DNA of 32,000 nucleotides from Nodularia phage vB_NspS-kac65v151, in sequence record MK605242.1; one strand, 5' to 3'. The notes under the pieces are model-generated. The model was not told the origin of the DNA, did not search any database, and worked only from the letters and a program-made list of their open reading frames with translations. Of the stretch, positions 19,901 to 25,730 are shown in pieces; position 1 is the stretch's first letter, and the number at the start of each line of letters is the position of its first letter. The position numbers and the translations under genes were made by a program.

Positions 19901-20847
19901 TCAACAGGAGCTTAAGCTCTTTCGATTTACAAGAAAATAAGCCTCTAGAAGCTACCAGAGTTGTGGAGGTTGTTGTAGAGAAGTTAAATGTAGTTAGTGA
20001 TAAGTCTCTAGAGTCTTCTAACAGACTAGAAGAAGCTAGCGACAACATAAAACAAGTAATTGAATCTTCATCATCTCTAAGTAGTGAGCAGCCTAAAATT
20101 AAATCGCAGTTAGTTAGTGAAGAAGATCCATTAAATATTACACAGGCTCTGGGTAAGTTTGGTGATAGGGTAAAAAATTCCATAGAATCTATAGACCTAG
20201 GAGATGGACGTGGTGATATTGCTGAAATAAGTAGGGAAAGAGAATCACGGTTTGTTACTTCTAGCGCTTACACAGAAGGTGACGAGAAGTTTAGAGACAG
20301 GTTGCAAGCTATGGTTAACTCCGGTGGCTATAGTGGTAAATCTCTACAGGAGTTACAGGCAACTTTGGATGAGGTGAATAAAAACATACAAGGTGGTATG
20401 CAAGGATCTAGTAAAGTAAAACCAAGGCTTAAACCAGTTATAACTAATACTTCTGACAGAGCAATAGTTGACACTTCTGACAGAGGTAACAGTGACATCC
20501 CACCTTCTCAAAGCAGTAGACCTAGAAAGAGAGGTATTAATCAACTTCAACCTGACTCTACAGATCCCACAGTTACCAGAAGGAACAAGCCTAGAGAAAT
20601 CTTCAACCCCGACAAAATACAACCAGTACCCAAGGATAAAGTACCAACAATAATCACGCCTGACCAACGTGGAGATAGAATTACAACAAGGAATCCCGAT
20701 GGTAGTGCGACACCTGCAACAATAACCCAAACTTACAATGTGTATTTCAGCAAGGATGACGCAGCTAGTGGTAAAGCTGCTGAAAACTTTACACAACAAG
20801 TTCGTAAGGAGTTGAAAGAAACTTTATTAATGGTAGGTAGAAAGTAG
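10999..20847 (+). CDS. putative phage tail tape measure protein, 3282 aa
   Basis: Very long ORF with MLTPGEFVVNAKDAQKN / MLTPGEFVINSEATQEN motifs common in phage tape measure proteins. It also has GGLV-type and poly-Pro linkers, long Q/E/K/R-rich coiled-coil regions, a hydrophobic central region (VLSVTLLSNSLVVFKVTLVAANVVLTLF...) and a terminal YNVYFSKDDAASGKAAENFTQQVRKEL. Confidence 0.85.
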   Translation: MTISTIDHALRIISNKTAAAALEVNKAFNQFPENLQLSLDYSNNSDTESAETLEQSAGTQQPIENSLLTSNPLAQIDSTETLQPEQIQSETVISPETHLLKDANRVLADYSRSSDNTKPDKPEQLVQSKQGEAVNVSLFSQPEQYELATEKVQPTANPLQVDITVNPIKADQKLDSVALSNGSFTVEQLRNSNPTERSLENKENSPKVDPDLDTKSDDVIKADNQKGYTPNISQPGDSALPIVTSTNSVTVNQDAIDITTVGKAGGLEPQQLTANTFTDSLLLSEPADLSSSTIIAATDKVPNQNIALTATNPANEQAETISVLGDATKVNPANLSENVAQITTIDNSGNISNQITNQAASDRTTKNDASDISTIGIDVDETVKSNLNGTDIISLTPSSRGGGVTGGDQPISEVQSGTLIKSDNSEESVEKVQGVSTPGALAANLDVTQENLNLSQDLNKQVDTASSREKSTNLDVGLVTSASPQLVTSADVTQLVATTQEATDKGDAQPDQLNYYWTTTNVDVKQQGSQPSPIRSSPLPTDSSSLSPNPYLAPGFAIDGIEYTTTTTDQLGAVEQPDQTYVGSPTIYNQTERVINEDSTALNNREISTYEDNKSVERQKLDTGLGAESFSAENSSNTQSFTDDAVLVRGTVIIPGSDLNAAANTYFGASQTSESTSQSLTTDATIKQSKTADDLTPASNLGSFNTAAGDSTEGLVNTLLTTSQSENYTTSQKLTSDSGISSSSDDQMLTSTDTNSSSTVSTSLATSQIVTDGAGTDYFPNLSPSDQAGVSNVEQVNLSQIVAEVASVSLPNTTPNIGESNSPDYKTTLPGLTKISNQFGQEVYNTTPLFSDLSTSDFLQTRGYAFGGKVLPPISNSGSKPVAPSDTVPAMLTPGEFVVNAKDAQKNLPLLQLLNEGKSVEEVVGAEERTKVSQSKPDTSRVLKPTDSAFSAESVKVPVMLTPGEFVINSEATQENLNLLQNLNKGSDVTNNSEQLTNLEVGKAIAPPQPTVSRETVQQPTTGEKTLQLDSAKTKETVSTSKPQENQPKSVDITTLPVDNAALNSDPNQVQGYASGGLVTPSSGGTGSPPPPPPPTTGGTPNQPGGFDPQQILRLAQFTKQAYAEAEALTRALGVQANTVQKALIAMKALTAAGADYTTQVDFLRKALGITQSQFDTLTAKQEEYAEAQKQVELNSPQRASKVASLAKSTGQTFQEADDLSVDLQLPPEVIEKAVQSVDKLKKSGADVNEQFQLLNDTLGINLSQFEEIDRVQTEAEFRRIQSAEAIKRAKEAALAIAKEEQELARRPAQTLKLAQATKQPFQEAERFSQSVGLNPATILEALNAIKQLQQAGASLIEQQSFLNTTLGITDTQFQELIATQGSYTEDQRALAEQTASDAQAIAQQQQAEKERINAAKAAQQKNSATISLASSTGLTFDEAAQKSQSIGLDPAAIQQGLVVIDQLNAVNADAATQYQVLSSSIDLTEDQFAELQQLQQELASQSSGDGGGFLGSLRDSAKGVFDGVSKIGFAFQGVQAIVATFRAQLSGAYDKLVQQNVTLQEQLLGTQASLAATNRVIANGLEIKDPTKAIQALEKPLADAIARLRESSLDLVGVTSADLIPIFQFIAQESTNIGASLSESSDLTVSFAAAMGTLKIPLFQARQEILSILQGQIIMDSQLAKNIGLNNEMVNKWKAQGVLVERLNERLAAFASGNKLAAQTIDGIGSNIQEILDEVTRLAGEPLLDPIVKQLGLLYDFLKDNKEELAAVISDAINFFLTVGDSLALVIEGLKPVFESLASIGLDTFSAAGQLAASVINSLIAVLVAMTPVLASLLGIILPVIEALAEFAATDVGQILLQVVLSVTLLSNSLVVFKVTLVAANVVLTLFTTALAASGGGLVGFLVALTKVYPGLALFTAMVAKAGGSIVGFTAALGASLLPIVAAAAPFVGLAVAVGSVLALISAGMAEDKQRAINEYGKQFNTVADNALKTSQALKDLNDTEKITGKLTEEETKKRDQLRKVAGNQVELIKAQVDELKKFNQANPNNQTKVQISLAERYIKTLENQSGATKTTAKDVEDLGNSYEQMGNLARDAQTKLNYDGLSNAPAATTADYQKAADDLLKITAKAYELGQLAATNSAEIGKRSSEIAITLLEQIRDDTKLTYETQLAAQQEITKVRQIEVDKQVAGVEIQQSKIQSLISGEVVSQQEGQRRISLEKEKQLNIQTEALRKQLAEEIELRRRLVEGNSQETKESITRIQSEIATIEAKGTDDKLSEQDRANKLRLQSELNYLQEVAKQKSLVEDVDKELIDNEKKRAEITKKIRDDEAAGKKANPDDVSEARRLQAVTDQLNAKKESAQASLKEETKSQTDIKNNISKNEAAIASEQKARLDASRQERLKDYDEQLQETDSLYSRYLITQEEFNLKSRDLAVAKAKDELNQLSELAKTTTDKEGLEVIGARQSVLFKEIEDIEEKYLADRAKNKQTFLDVELKQLEANYAEGNVSTAEYNDQSFELARERTTNEIAEINRIRAYTRSDDAVRLAELDAREAEVRSRFQASQEKLRQEQVSQLELAQKESLQVVKESEIERLTTISQLESDLAIKREEADVLKGEAARETAEAEIELEKEKLDQLEALQPLDNEQMERERLLNLAGLRLSIAQRTKSLIDDEVQQRERLYNVIADRLSKEQKQLQNIATEKQQAIQKETQLQSFLKTSLDQQNQLLNARKDLVSSTQNFLTGQLSILSQTTKNSREQKAIAEAEAQIRLNSVQSQFETERLLLDLKIQQRDLALEQQKIQLESQAIAAQAEGKQAEIELRKLEARRKQGLRVSDDEFEIARLNIEGNQIKQSGIAQQQVGLERQGQINQVLDQQELLKLNREEVLASDKARLDLANNRVRRSDRRRDIRELREDIGERLDVENLSGEGISRKKIVALGRNFDPGRLQLPRLLDGNGTNQQDTGRRQEVNRSLSSFDLQENKPLEATRVVEVVVEKLNVVSDKSLESSNRLEEASDNIKQVIESSSSLSSEQPKIKSQLVSEEDPLNITQALGKFGDRVKNSIESIDLGDGRGDIAEISRERESRFVTSSAYTEGDEKFRDRLQAMVNSGGYSGKSLQELQATLDEVNKNIQGGMQGSSKVKPRLKPVITNTSDRAIVDTSDRGNSDIPPSQSSRPRKRGINQLQPDSTDPTVTRRNKPREIFNPDKIQPVPKDKVPTIITPDQRGDRITTRNPDGSATPATITQTYNVYFSKDDAASGKAAENFTQQVRKELKETLLMVGRK
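12307..13998 (+). repeat. three dispersed copies of a (M)LTPGEFV-x-NxxxTQENLNLLQNLNKG coding repeat within the tape measure gene
   Basis: Copies begin at 12307 (TPGALAANLDVTQENLNLSQDLNK), 13669 (MLTPGEFVVNAKDAQKNLPLLQLLNEG) and 13876 (MLTPGEFVINSEATQENLNLLQNLNKG). Confidence 0.75.
14335..15494 (+). repeat. four tandem ~80-aa domain repeats inside the tape measure protein
   Basis: Repeats begin near 14335, 14605, 14932 and 15274. Each reads roughly LA..T.q.f.EAe..s..lGl.p..i..al..i..L...GAd...Q...L...LgIt..QF.eL. Confidence 0.75.
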
Positions 20848-20897
20848 TTTTAAAGCTAATCTCGGTTATTATTAGTTAATAACCGAGATTATAATTT

Positions 20898-21131
20898 ATG
20901 AAGCACCTTAACCCATCTCAAGACAGTATCATTCCTTATGGCTCTACCGGCAGTGATGAGATAGTAGAGATACACCAGCAACCTGTAGCGTCCGAGATTA
21001 GATACTATAGTGACTTTCTAGACTCTATTTGTCCCACTCCTGAACAGTTGGCAGATTACCTCACAGAACCTAATGAGCCAACATTCTTGGATAGGCTGGC
21101 GAATGCTTTGCGGTTAAGGCAGCAAGGTTAG
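20898..21131 (+). CDS. hypothetical protein, 77 aa
   Basis: Complete ORF packed tightly between the tape measure gene and 21138, same strand. Confidence 0.65.
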   Translation: MKHLNPSQDSIIPYGSTGSDEIVEIHQQPVASEIRYYSDFLDSICPTPEQLADYLTEPNEPTFLDRLANALRLRQQG

Positions 21132-21137
21132 AAACTT

Positions 21138-21728
21138 ATGACACTTTTAGCTGATATTCAAGCTGCACAGGTTTGCTGGCAGTTCCCGCTAACCAGAAAA
21201 AGAATATTAATCAGAACACCTATTTCACTTGTTTCTCAGCTCAATCCACAGTTGAAGGATCTACATCTATTCGATCCTAACAACTATGATGTAGATGACA
21301 CCGACGCTTATGTTTACTTAGTCTTGATGCCCGGTTACAGCCCTTCCAATAACTTCCAAGCTGAACGTGGTTTTCAAACGCAATTCTCTAATAGGGCTGC
21401 TGTATATTCAACCCGTGAGCGTACCTTCGAGGCTACTGTAGCCCAACCGCAAGCATTTCTCTATTATATAGTGAACCGGCTAGTTGCTATAAGTGAAACG
21501 AGTGCTTTAGCTACCCACGCACCAATTAAAATTATTGATACTTGCCTACCTGAAGGTGCTGGTCTTGCGTCCAGTGTCACGATTCAGGGCGGTGATTTGG
21601 GGACTATCAGATATGGGCGAATAGATATCACTAAGGAGCCTGCTGCTGGTTTGATTTCCTTTGAAGGGTCTGATTACTGTGTGGGTTCTTGGTCATTTAA
21701 GTTTACAGAACTTGCTTTGAGGGTTTAG
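21138..21728 (+). CDS. hypothetical phage protein, 196 aa, probably virion/tail associated
   Basis: Complete ORF directly downstream of the tape measure cluster. The product assignment is positional only. Confidence 0.7.
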   Translation: MTLLADIQAAQVCWQFPLTRKRILIRTPISLVSQLNPQLKDLHLFDPNNYDVDDTDAYVYLVLMPGYSPSNNFQAERGFQTQFSNRAAVYSTRERTFEATVAQPQAFLYYIVNRLVAISETSALATHAPIKIIDTCLPEGAGLASSVTIQGGDLGTIRYGRIDITKEPAAGLISFEGSDYCVGSWSFKFTELALRV

Positions 21729-21730
21729 AC

Positions 21731-21877
21731 ATGGATGAATTAGAACCGATGTACGAGCTTCACTGGTCGCGTCAATTACCGGAAAATGTCGAAAGTGCGA
21801 TCGCGTCTGCTGTTTGGAAGCATAGTTTTGATTTACCAGTTAATTTATTATGGAAGCTTTTACTATTTACAACTTAG
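21731..21877 (+). CDS. small hypothetical protein, 48 aa
   Basis: MDELEPMYELHWSRQLPENVESAIASAVWKHSFDLPVNLLWKLLLFTT*. It is packed 2 nt after the upstream stop and overlaps the next ORF, as in a compact phage operon. Confidence 0.5.
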   Translation: MDELEPMYELHWSRQLPENVESAIASAVWKHSFDLPVNLLWKLLLFTT

Positions 21878-22047
21878 ATGGGTTCTCACCTGAAGTACAG
21901 GTGATTACTAACGAGTACCTGGAAGCATCTACAGGTGGTAGTTTAGAGCAGTTCGAGGCAGCAGAAACTAAGTTTTATGTTGACATGGAGGACATTGGCG
22001 CTGAGGGCGATGTCTTATATTCTCTGGAAATGGAACTAGGAATGTAA
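21850..22047 (+). CDS. hypothetical protein, 65 aa
   Basis: MEAFTIYNLDGFSPEVQVITNEYLEASTGG...; complete ORF followed by a terminator. Confidence 0.6.
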   Translation: MEAFTIYNLDGFSPEVQVITNEYLEASTGGSLEQFEAAETKFYVDMEDIGAEGDVLYSLEMELGM

Positions 22048-22065
22048 GGTTATGGTGGAGGACGG

Positions 22066-22098
22066 AACCCGCGAGATATAGTATCTCGCGGGTTTTTT
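22066..22098 (+). terminator. intrinsic terminator closing the tail operon
   Basis: AACCCGCGAGATATAGTATCTCGCGGGTTTTTT: GC-rich stem followed by a T tract. Confidence 0.92.
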
Positions 22099-22102
22099 AA
22101 TG

Positions 22103-22140
22103 CTTATCTCACTTATTTTAAATTCAGTATAATTACGGTT
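22103..22140 (+). promoter_or_regulatory. putative phage promoter, copy 1
   Basis: CTTATCTCACTTATTTTAAATTCAGTATAATTACGGTT, with TATAAT at 22128-22133. A near copy lies at 22594-22631. Both sit immediately after a terminator and before a gene. Confidence 0.7.
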
Positions 22141-22201
22141 TACTTTACTTTAGCTCATTACGATAGTGGTTATATAGGCAAACAGGGGAAAGGTAAAACT
22201 G

Positions 22202-22531
22202 ATGACAACAGAAGAAATTAATCAAGCGCTGGAATCTAAAGAAGTTGAGTGTGCGGTTATGGAAAGTTCTGTAGCTAAACAGTTACAACCAGGAGATACA
22301 ATATTTTATGGTTTCCATAATCGATACCCTTTAAAAGAAACGACAGTGTTAAATGTGGTCAGAGGTGTTGTCAAAACAGCAGATGGTATAGGCTTCTCAA
22401 CCAAGAGGCATGACTGCATTTCAACCAAACTATATAAAACAGGAAAGATTTGGTACGGTGAGCTGCAATCAGAATACTACTGTGCTTACTTACCATCTGA
22501 GATTGAGGAAGCGATTGCACAATCTGAGTAG
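22202..22531 (+). CDS. hypothetical protein, 109 aa
   Basis: Complete ORF flanked by a promoter-like repeat and a terminator. Confidence 0.7.
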   Translation: MTTEEINQALESKEVECAVMESSVAKQLQPGDTIFYGFHNRYPLKETTVLNVVRGVVKTADGIGFSTKRHDCISTKLYKTGKIWYGELQSEYYCAYLPSEIEEAIAQSE

Positions 22532-22563
22532 GTGGTCTAAAGAAAATAAACAAATAGATAATA

Positions 22564-22588
22564 ACCCTCCACTAGTGAGGGTTTTTTT
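22564..22588 (+). terminator. intrinsic terminator
   Basis: ACCCTCCACTAGTGAGGGTTTTTTTT. Confidence 0.9.
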
Positions 22589-22593
22589 TCATG

Positions 22594-22631
22594 TTTATAT
22601 CACTTACTCCAAATTCAGTATAATTACGGTT
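22594..22631 (+). promoter_or_regulatory. putative phage promoter, copy 2
   Basis: TTTATATCACTTACTCCAAATTCAGTATAATTACGGTT, 33/38 identical to copy 1 by eye. Confidence 0.7.
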
Positions 22632-22714
22632 GTCTATAAAGTGGTACAGGTGAGATAGTAGTTATATGAACCACAGCAAAGTTTCAAGTTCACTGCGGCA
22701 ACAAGGAGAATCTT

Positions 22715-23245
22715 ATGACTACTTTAACACAGCCCCGCATCAAGTCCGCTAACCGTAAAGCCAAATCTATCCGCCAAATCACCCCAACCTATTACGAAGT
22801 TACAGGTGACACAGGTAATGTGTACCATATTGACACTTTCTTTGGTGAGTGTTCATGTCCCGCAGGTCAACATGGCAAGGACTGCTACCACCAACTTGCT
22901 GTGCGCGAATATCAACAAGCTCAACTTAACCAAGTTGTTGACATACGCAACGGTGCGACACTGGGGCAAGCACTCACTACTTGCAGAGATTATGGGTTTA
23001 CTCCTGTGATCGAAAAGGTAGATCATAAATCATCTACCGTCACAGTTAAGTTACTAAGATTCGGACGAGCAATCGCTTTTCTTGAGATCAACAAGCTCAT
23101 GAGTAGTGTTGAAGCTAGGTTTGCTGATAGCTCCAAGTTTCGGTATTGTAGATGGGGTATAAACAACGCCCCGTTAATAGAAGCATTGAACCGGCTAATC
23201 GATGAAGAATGCTCCGATGCTAGATTATCGATTTTCGGGCTGTAG
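22715..23245 (+). CDS. SWIM-type zinc-finger protein, 176 aa
   Basis: VYHIDTFFGECSCPAGQHGKDCYHQLAVREY matches the SWIM CxC...CxH pattern. Confidence 0.75.
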   Translation: MTTLTQPRIKSANRKAKSIRQITPTYYEVTGDTGNVYHIDTFFGECSCPAGQHGKDCYHQLAVREYQQAQLNQVVDIRNGATLGQALTTCRDYGFTPVIEKVDHKSSTVTVKLLRFGRAIAFLEINKLMSSVEARFADSSKFRYCRWGINNAPLIEALNRLIDEECSDARLSIFGL

Positions 23246-23366
23246 TGATACACTTATCAACAGATAACGTTTACACTGATCGCAGTCGAAAACCTGTGGT
23301 CATTTTACTATTTAAACTATTCCCAATAAAGTTGTGGTAGACTTTGAAACAGTCGATATAAACGAG

Positions 23367-23711
23367 ATGAGTGGTATGAACAGACAAGAATTAGTACAGG
23401 CTGTTGTTGATGCAGCTAGACAGGATGGTGAAGTTATTAGCCAAAAAGCGGCTAACAGTATCATAGGTTATGCTTTGGGGGTAATTAAAGACGCTGTGGC
23501 TGCGGGTGATAAGGTAATTTTAGTAGGCTTTGGTTCGTTTGAGCCACGTCAACGCAGTGCCAGAATGGGGCGTAACCCACAAACCAACGAAGCTATTGAA
23601 ATTCCTGCCACTACAACAGTAGGTTTTAAAGCTGGTAAAGATTTTCGTGACCAAGTGGCTGGTAAAGGTGTTGTGTCTGAGGAGCTTGTAACTGCGGATG
23701 CCCAAACCTGA
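23367..23711 (+). CDS. HU-family DNA-binding protein
   Basis: MNRQELVQAVVDAARQDGEVISQKAANSIIGYALGVIKDAVAAGDKVILVGFGSFEPRQRSARMGRNPQTNEAIEIPATTTVGFKAGKDFRDQV carries classic HU/IHF signatures. The start is 23367 or 23376; the ORF opens at a GTG at 23334. Confidence 0.95.
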   Translation: MSGMNRQELVQAVVDAARQDGEVISQKAANSIIGYALGVIKDAVAAGDKVILVGFGSFEPRQRSARMGRNPQTNEAIEIPATTTVGFKAGKDFRDQVAGKGVVSEELVTADAQT

Positions 23712-23808
23712 TGAAAAGCCTAAGCAAAATCCAAAACCATCTAAGGAAAGGCAACTGACAGCTAAAGACAGCATTAAGAATTTTGGGTTAGGGAAATAGT
23801 TATAGAGA

Positions 23809-23846
23809 ACCCTTGTTAGATGTAGCGTTTAACAAGGTTTTTATTT
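23809..23846 (+). terminator. intrinsic terminator after the HU gene
   Basis: ACCCTTGTTA...TAACAAGGGTTTTTATTTTT. Confidence 0.85.
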
Positions 23847-23935
23847 TTGTGTTTAAACTATCATGGTTATATTTCGGTATGAGTTGTCCCCAATTGAATA
23901 TAATATAATATAAATAGCAAAACACATTTAAATGC

Positions 23936-24553
23936 ATGGCACTAAACTCAAAACAGCTTTATCCAATTGGATATCTACCGACAGCGCCAGAAGATGATTT
24001 AGGTGTTGTACAACCTCAAGACGGGTTAGCCGTTACACCAGAGGGTATTCTAACAGTTACTCCGGCTACTACTACCACAATTGGGGGAGTAATTGTTGGT
24101 GACGGATTAAGTATAGATCCTACAGGTTTGCTCACTTCTGATTTTAATTTAGGAAGACTAACCTACCTTCTGACTACGACAGCGATCGCCCCTAACGCAA
24201 ACCTGCAAACATTTTTAGAAATTGCACAAGACTTTATTCTTTTGCAGGTGGCTACAGACATTCCTGCCAGGGTCAGAATTTATAACAACGCTACCTACCA
24301 GAACAGTGATGTCACCCGCTCTTTGATGACAGAAGACAGCAACACGGGTGTAGTTACAGCTAATGCTCCGAGTGGCGATCATGGCGTGTTGGCTGATTTT
24401 GTGACTTCTGGGAGCTACCTAACTATCAATACTAGCCCGGTAATTGTTATCCCAGCCATTCCCGCTTCTGCGATTGTGCCAATTACAATCACTAATTTGT
24501 CTGCTACTACACAGGTAATTAATATTAATTTACTCACTATCAAATTAGGTTAA
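23936..24553 (+). CDS. putative virion/tail structural protein, 205 aa
   Basis: GVVQPQDGLAVTPEGILTVTPATTTTIGGVIVGDGLSIDPTGLLTSD is a beta-rich G-D-GL-S pattern frequent in phage fibre and baseplate decoration proteins. Confidence 0.5.
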   Translation: MALNSKQLYPIGYLPTAPEDDLGVVQPQDGLAVTPEGILTVTPATTTTIGGVIVGDGLSIDPTGLLTSDFNLGRLTYLLTTTAIAPNANLQTFLEIAQDFILLQVATDIPARVRIYNNATYQNSDVTRSLMTEDSNTGVVTANAPSGDHGVLADFVTSGSYLTINTSPVIVIPAIPASAIVPITITNLSATTQVININLLTIKLG

Positions 24554-24557
24554 ATCC

Positions 24558-25352
24558 ATGCCAAACGCAGTTATTACGACACAGAATTTTATTGTTAATG
24601 GAACACAGATTGATTATCTGAATAACATAGCCGCATCGATGGTTATAGCGGGCTTTACCGAAATTGACAGCTATGCAGACGGTGCTAATAGTTTCAAGGT
24701 GTTTAGTTTTGATGCCGACGCTACTAAAACCTACGGAAAAATGATTTTACGTGTGGGATTTACTACCAACACGAACATGACTATAACAGGCTTTAGCTCT
24801 TGGAATGCTGCTGCAAACACAGGGACAGACCCTAGCACCGTGAACAAAGCAGTAGCATTAACAGATTCTGTAACAGCCCAAACCTGCAATCATCCTGAAG
24901 TTAGGGGTGTAATGCTAACACGAACTTCAGCCCCTTTCTGTTTCATAGGCTACTTTAGACCTCCAGCACCTAATAACGGATGGTGGGATCAAAATCAATC
25001 GTCTTTAGGGTTTATCGAGAGAGGGAATACTTCATCTTGGCAATCATCAGCAATGCAGACAATTAGTAATTTAAGACCGTCTGCAATTAGCGCAAGTTTA
25101 GGAGTAGCTACAATGTCAAATAACAACATCGGCAATAGTAGCAATAGCAATTACAGAATGTCAGGCGGTGTTGCCATGTCTGTCATTAGTAGTTTCAACT
25201 TCTTGTCTTTCTCATCTGATTTAATTGGCTCCGCAACAGTAGGGATGGACACGCTATCTAAAATTCAGATTGTGCCAGGTGCTGAAGAGTATGCAATTTT
25301 TGACGGTGGGTCTTCAAGTGTTGGCAACCGCATAGCGGTGAGGGTAATTTAA
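24558..25352 (+). CDS. putative virion-associated protein, 264 aa
   Basis: Complete ORF in a tight cluster with 23936..24553 and 25352..25537. The beta-rich, S/T/N/G-rich composition suggests an exposed structural protein. Confidence 0.5.
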   Translation: MPNAVITTQNFIVNGTQIDYLNNIAASMVIAGFTEIDSYADGANSFKVFSFDADATKTYGKMILRVGFTTNTNMTITGFSSWNAAANTGTDPSTVNKAVALTDSVTAQTCNHPEVRGVMLTRTSAPFCFIGYFRPPAPNNGWWDQNQSSLGFIERGNTSSWQSSAMQTISNLRPSAISASLGVATMSNNNIGNSSNSNYRMSGGVAMSVISSFNFLSFSSDLIGSATVGMDTLSKIQIVPGAEEYAIFDGGSSSVGNRIAVRVI

Positions 25353-25537
25353 TGAGCGACCAACCCGGAATTAAACTACTGAGAATGTCAATTATTGAAG
25401 GTACTTACGTAGCAGAAAGCTTTAGAGTTTCAGAGGAAGGCGGGGGGTGTTCTATATCTCCTGATCCTGGAGATCCTGATCCGCCGCCTCCTCCATCTGG
25501 GTCAGTTATAATTGTCAACTTGCTGCGATTAGCGTAA
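25352..25537 (+). CDS. hypothetical protein, 61 aa, proline-rich linker
   Basis: Stop/start overlap with the previous gene; DPGDPDPPPPPSGSVIIVNLLRLA. Confidence 0.55.
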   Translation: MSDQPGIKLLRMSIIEGTYVAESFRVSEEGGGCSISPDPGDPDPPPPPSGSVIIVNLLRLA

Positions 25538-25548
25538 AGTTAGCAAGT

Positions 25549-25704
25549 TTGCAAACAGTTGTGGAACAACATTTAAGCAGTTTTGGACATAATTCGACCG
25601 TAGAAAATATGCACAAAATACATCAAAAGCTATTTCATTTAGAAGCTGTGGTAAACGTTCAAAGCAAGTATGCAGAAGTGTTAAAAAGTTTGGGGAGGGA
25701 GTAA
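25549..25704 (+). CDS. small hypothetical protein, 51 aa (TTG start)
   Basis: LQTVVEQHLSSFGHNSTVENMHKIHQKLFHLEAVVNVQSKYAEVLKSLGRE*; same-strand continuation of the cluster. The start codon is uncertain. Confidence 0.35.
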   Translation: MQTVVEQHLSSFGHNSTVENMHKIHQKLFHLEAVVNVQSKYAEVLKSLGRE

Positions 25705-25730
25705 TTTAGTTTAAATCCTCGTTTAAATCC

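Noticed and set aside
11754-20183. Many minus-strand ORFs of 60-134 aa antisense to the tape measure gene (for example 12825..13133, 13797..14201, 19872..20183)
   Set aside because: They lie opposite a strongly supported long coding frame, have Ser/Leu/Val-rich composition typical of reversed low-complexity Asp/Gln/Thr codons, and carry no motifs.
22371-23253. ORFs 22371..22553 (-), 22410..22658 (+), 22806..23009 (+) and 23023..23253 (-)
   Set aside because: Each overlaps a better-supported ORF or crosses a clear intrinsic terminator, so these are treated as alternate-frame artefacts.
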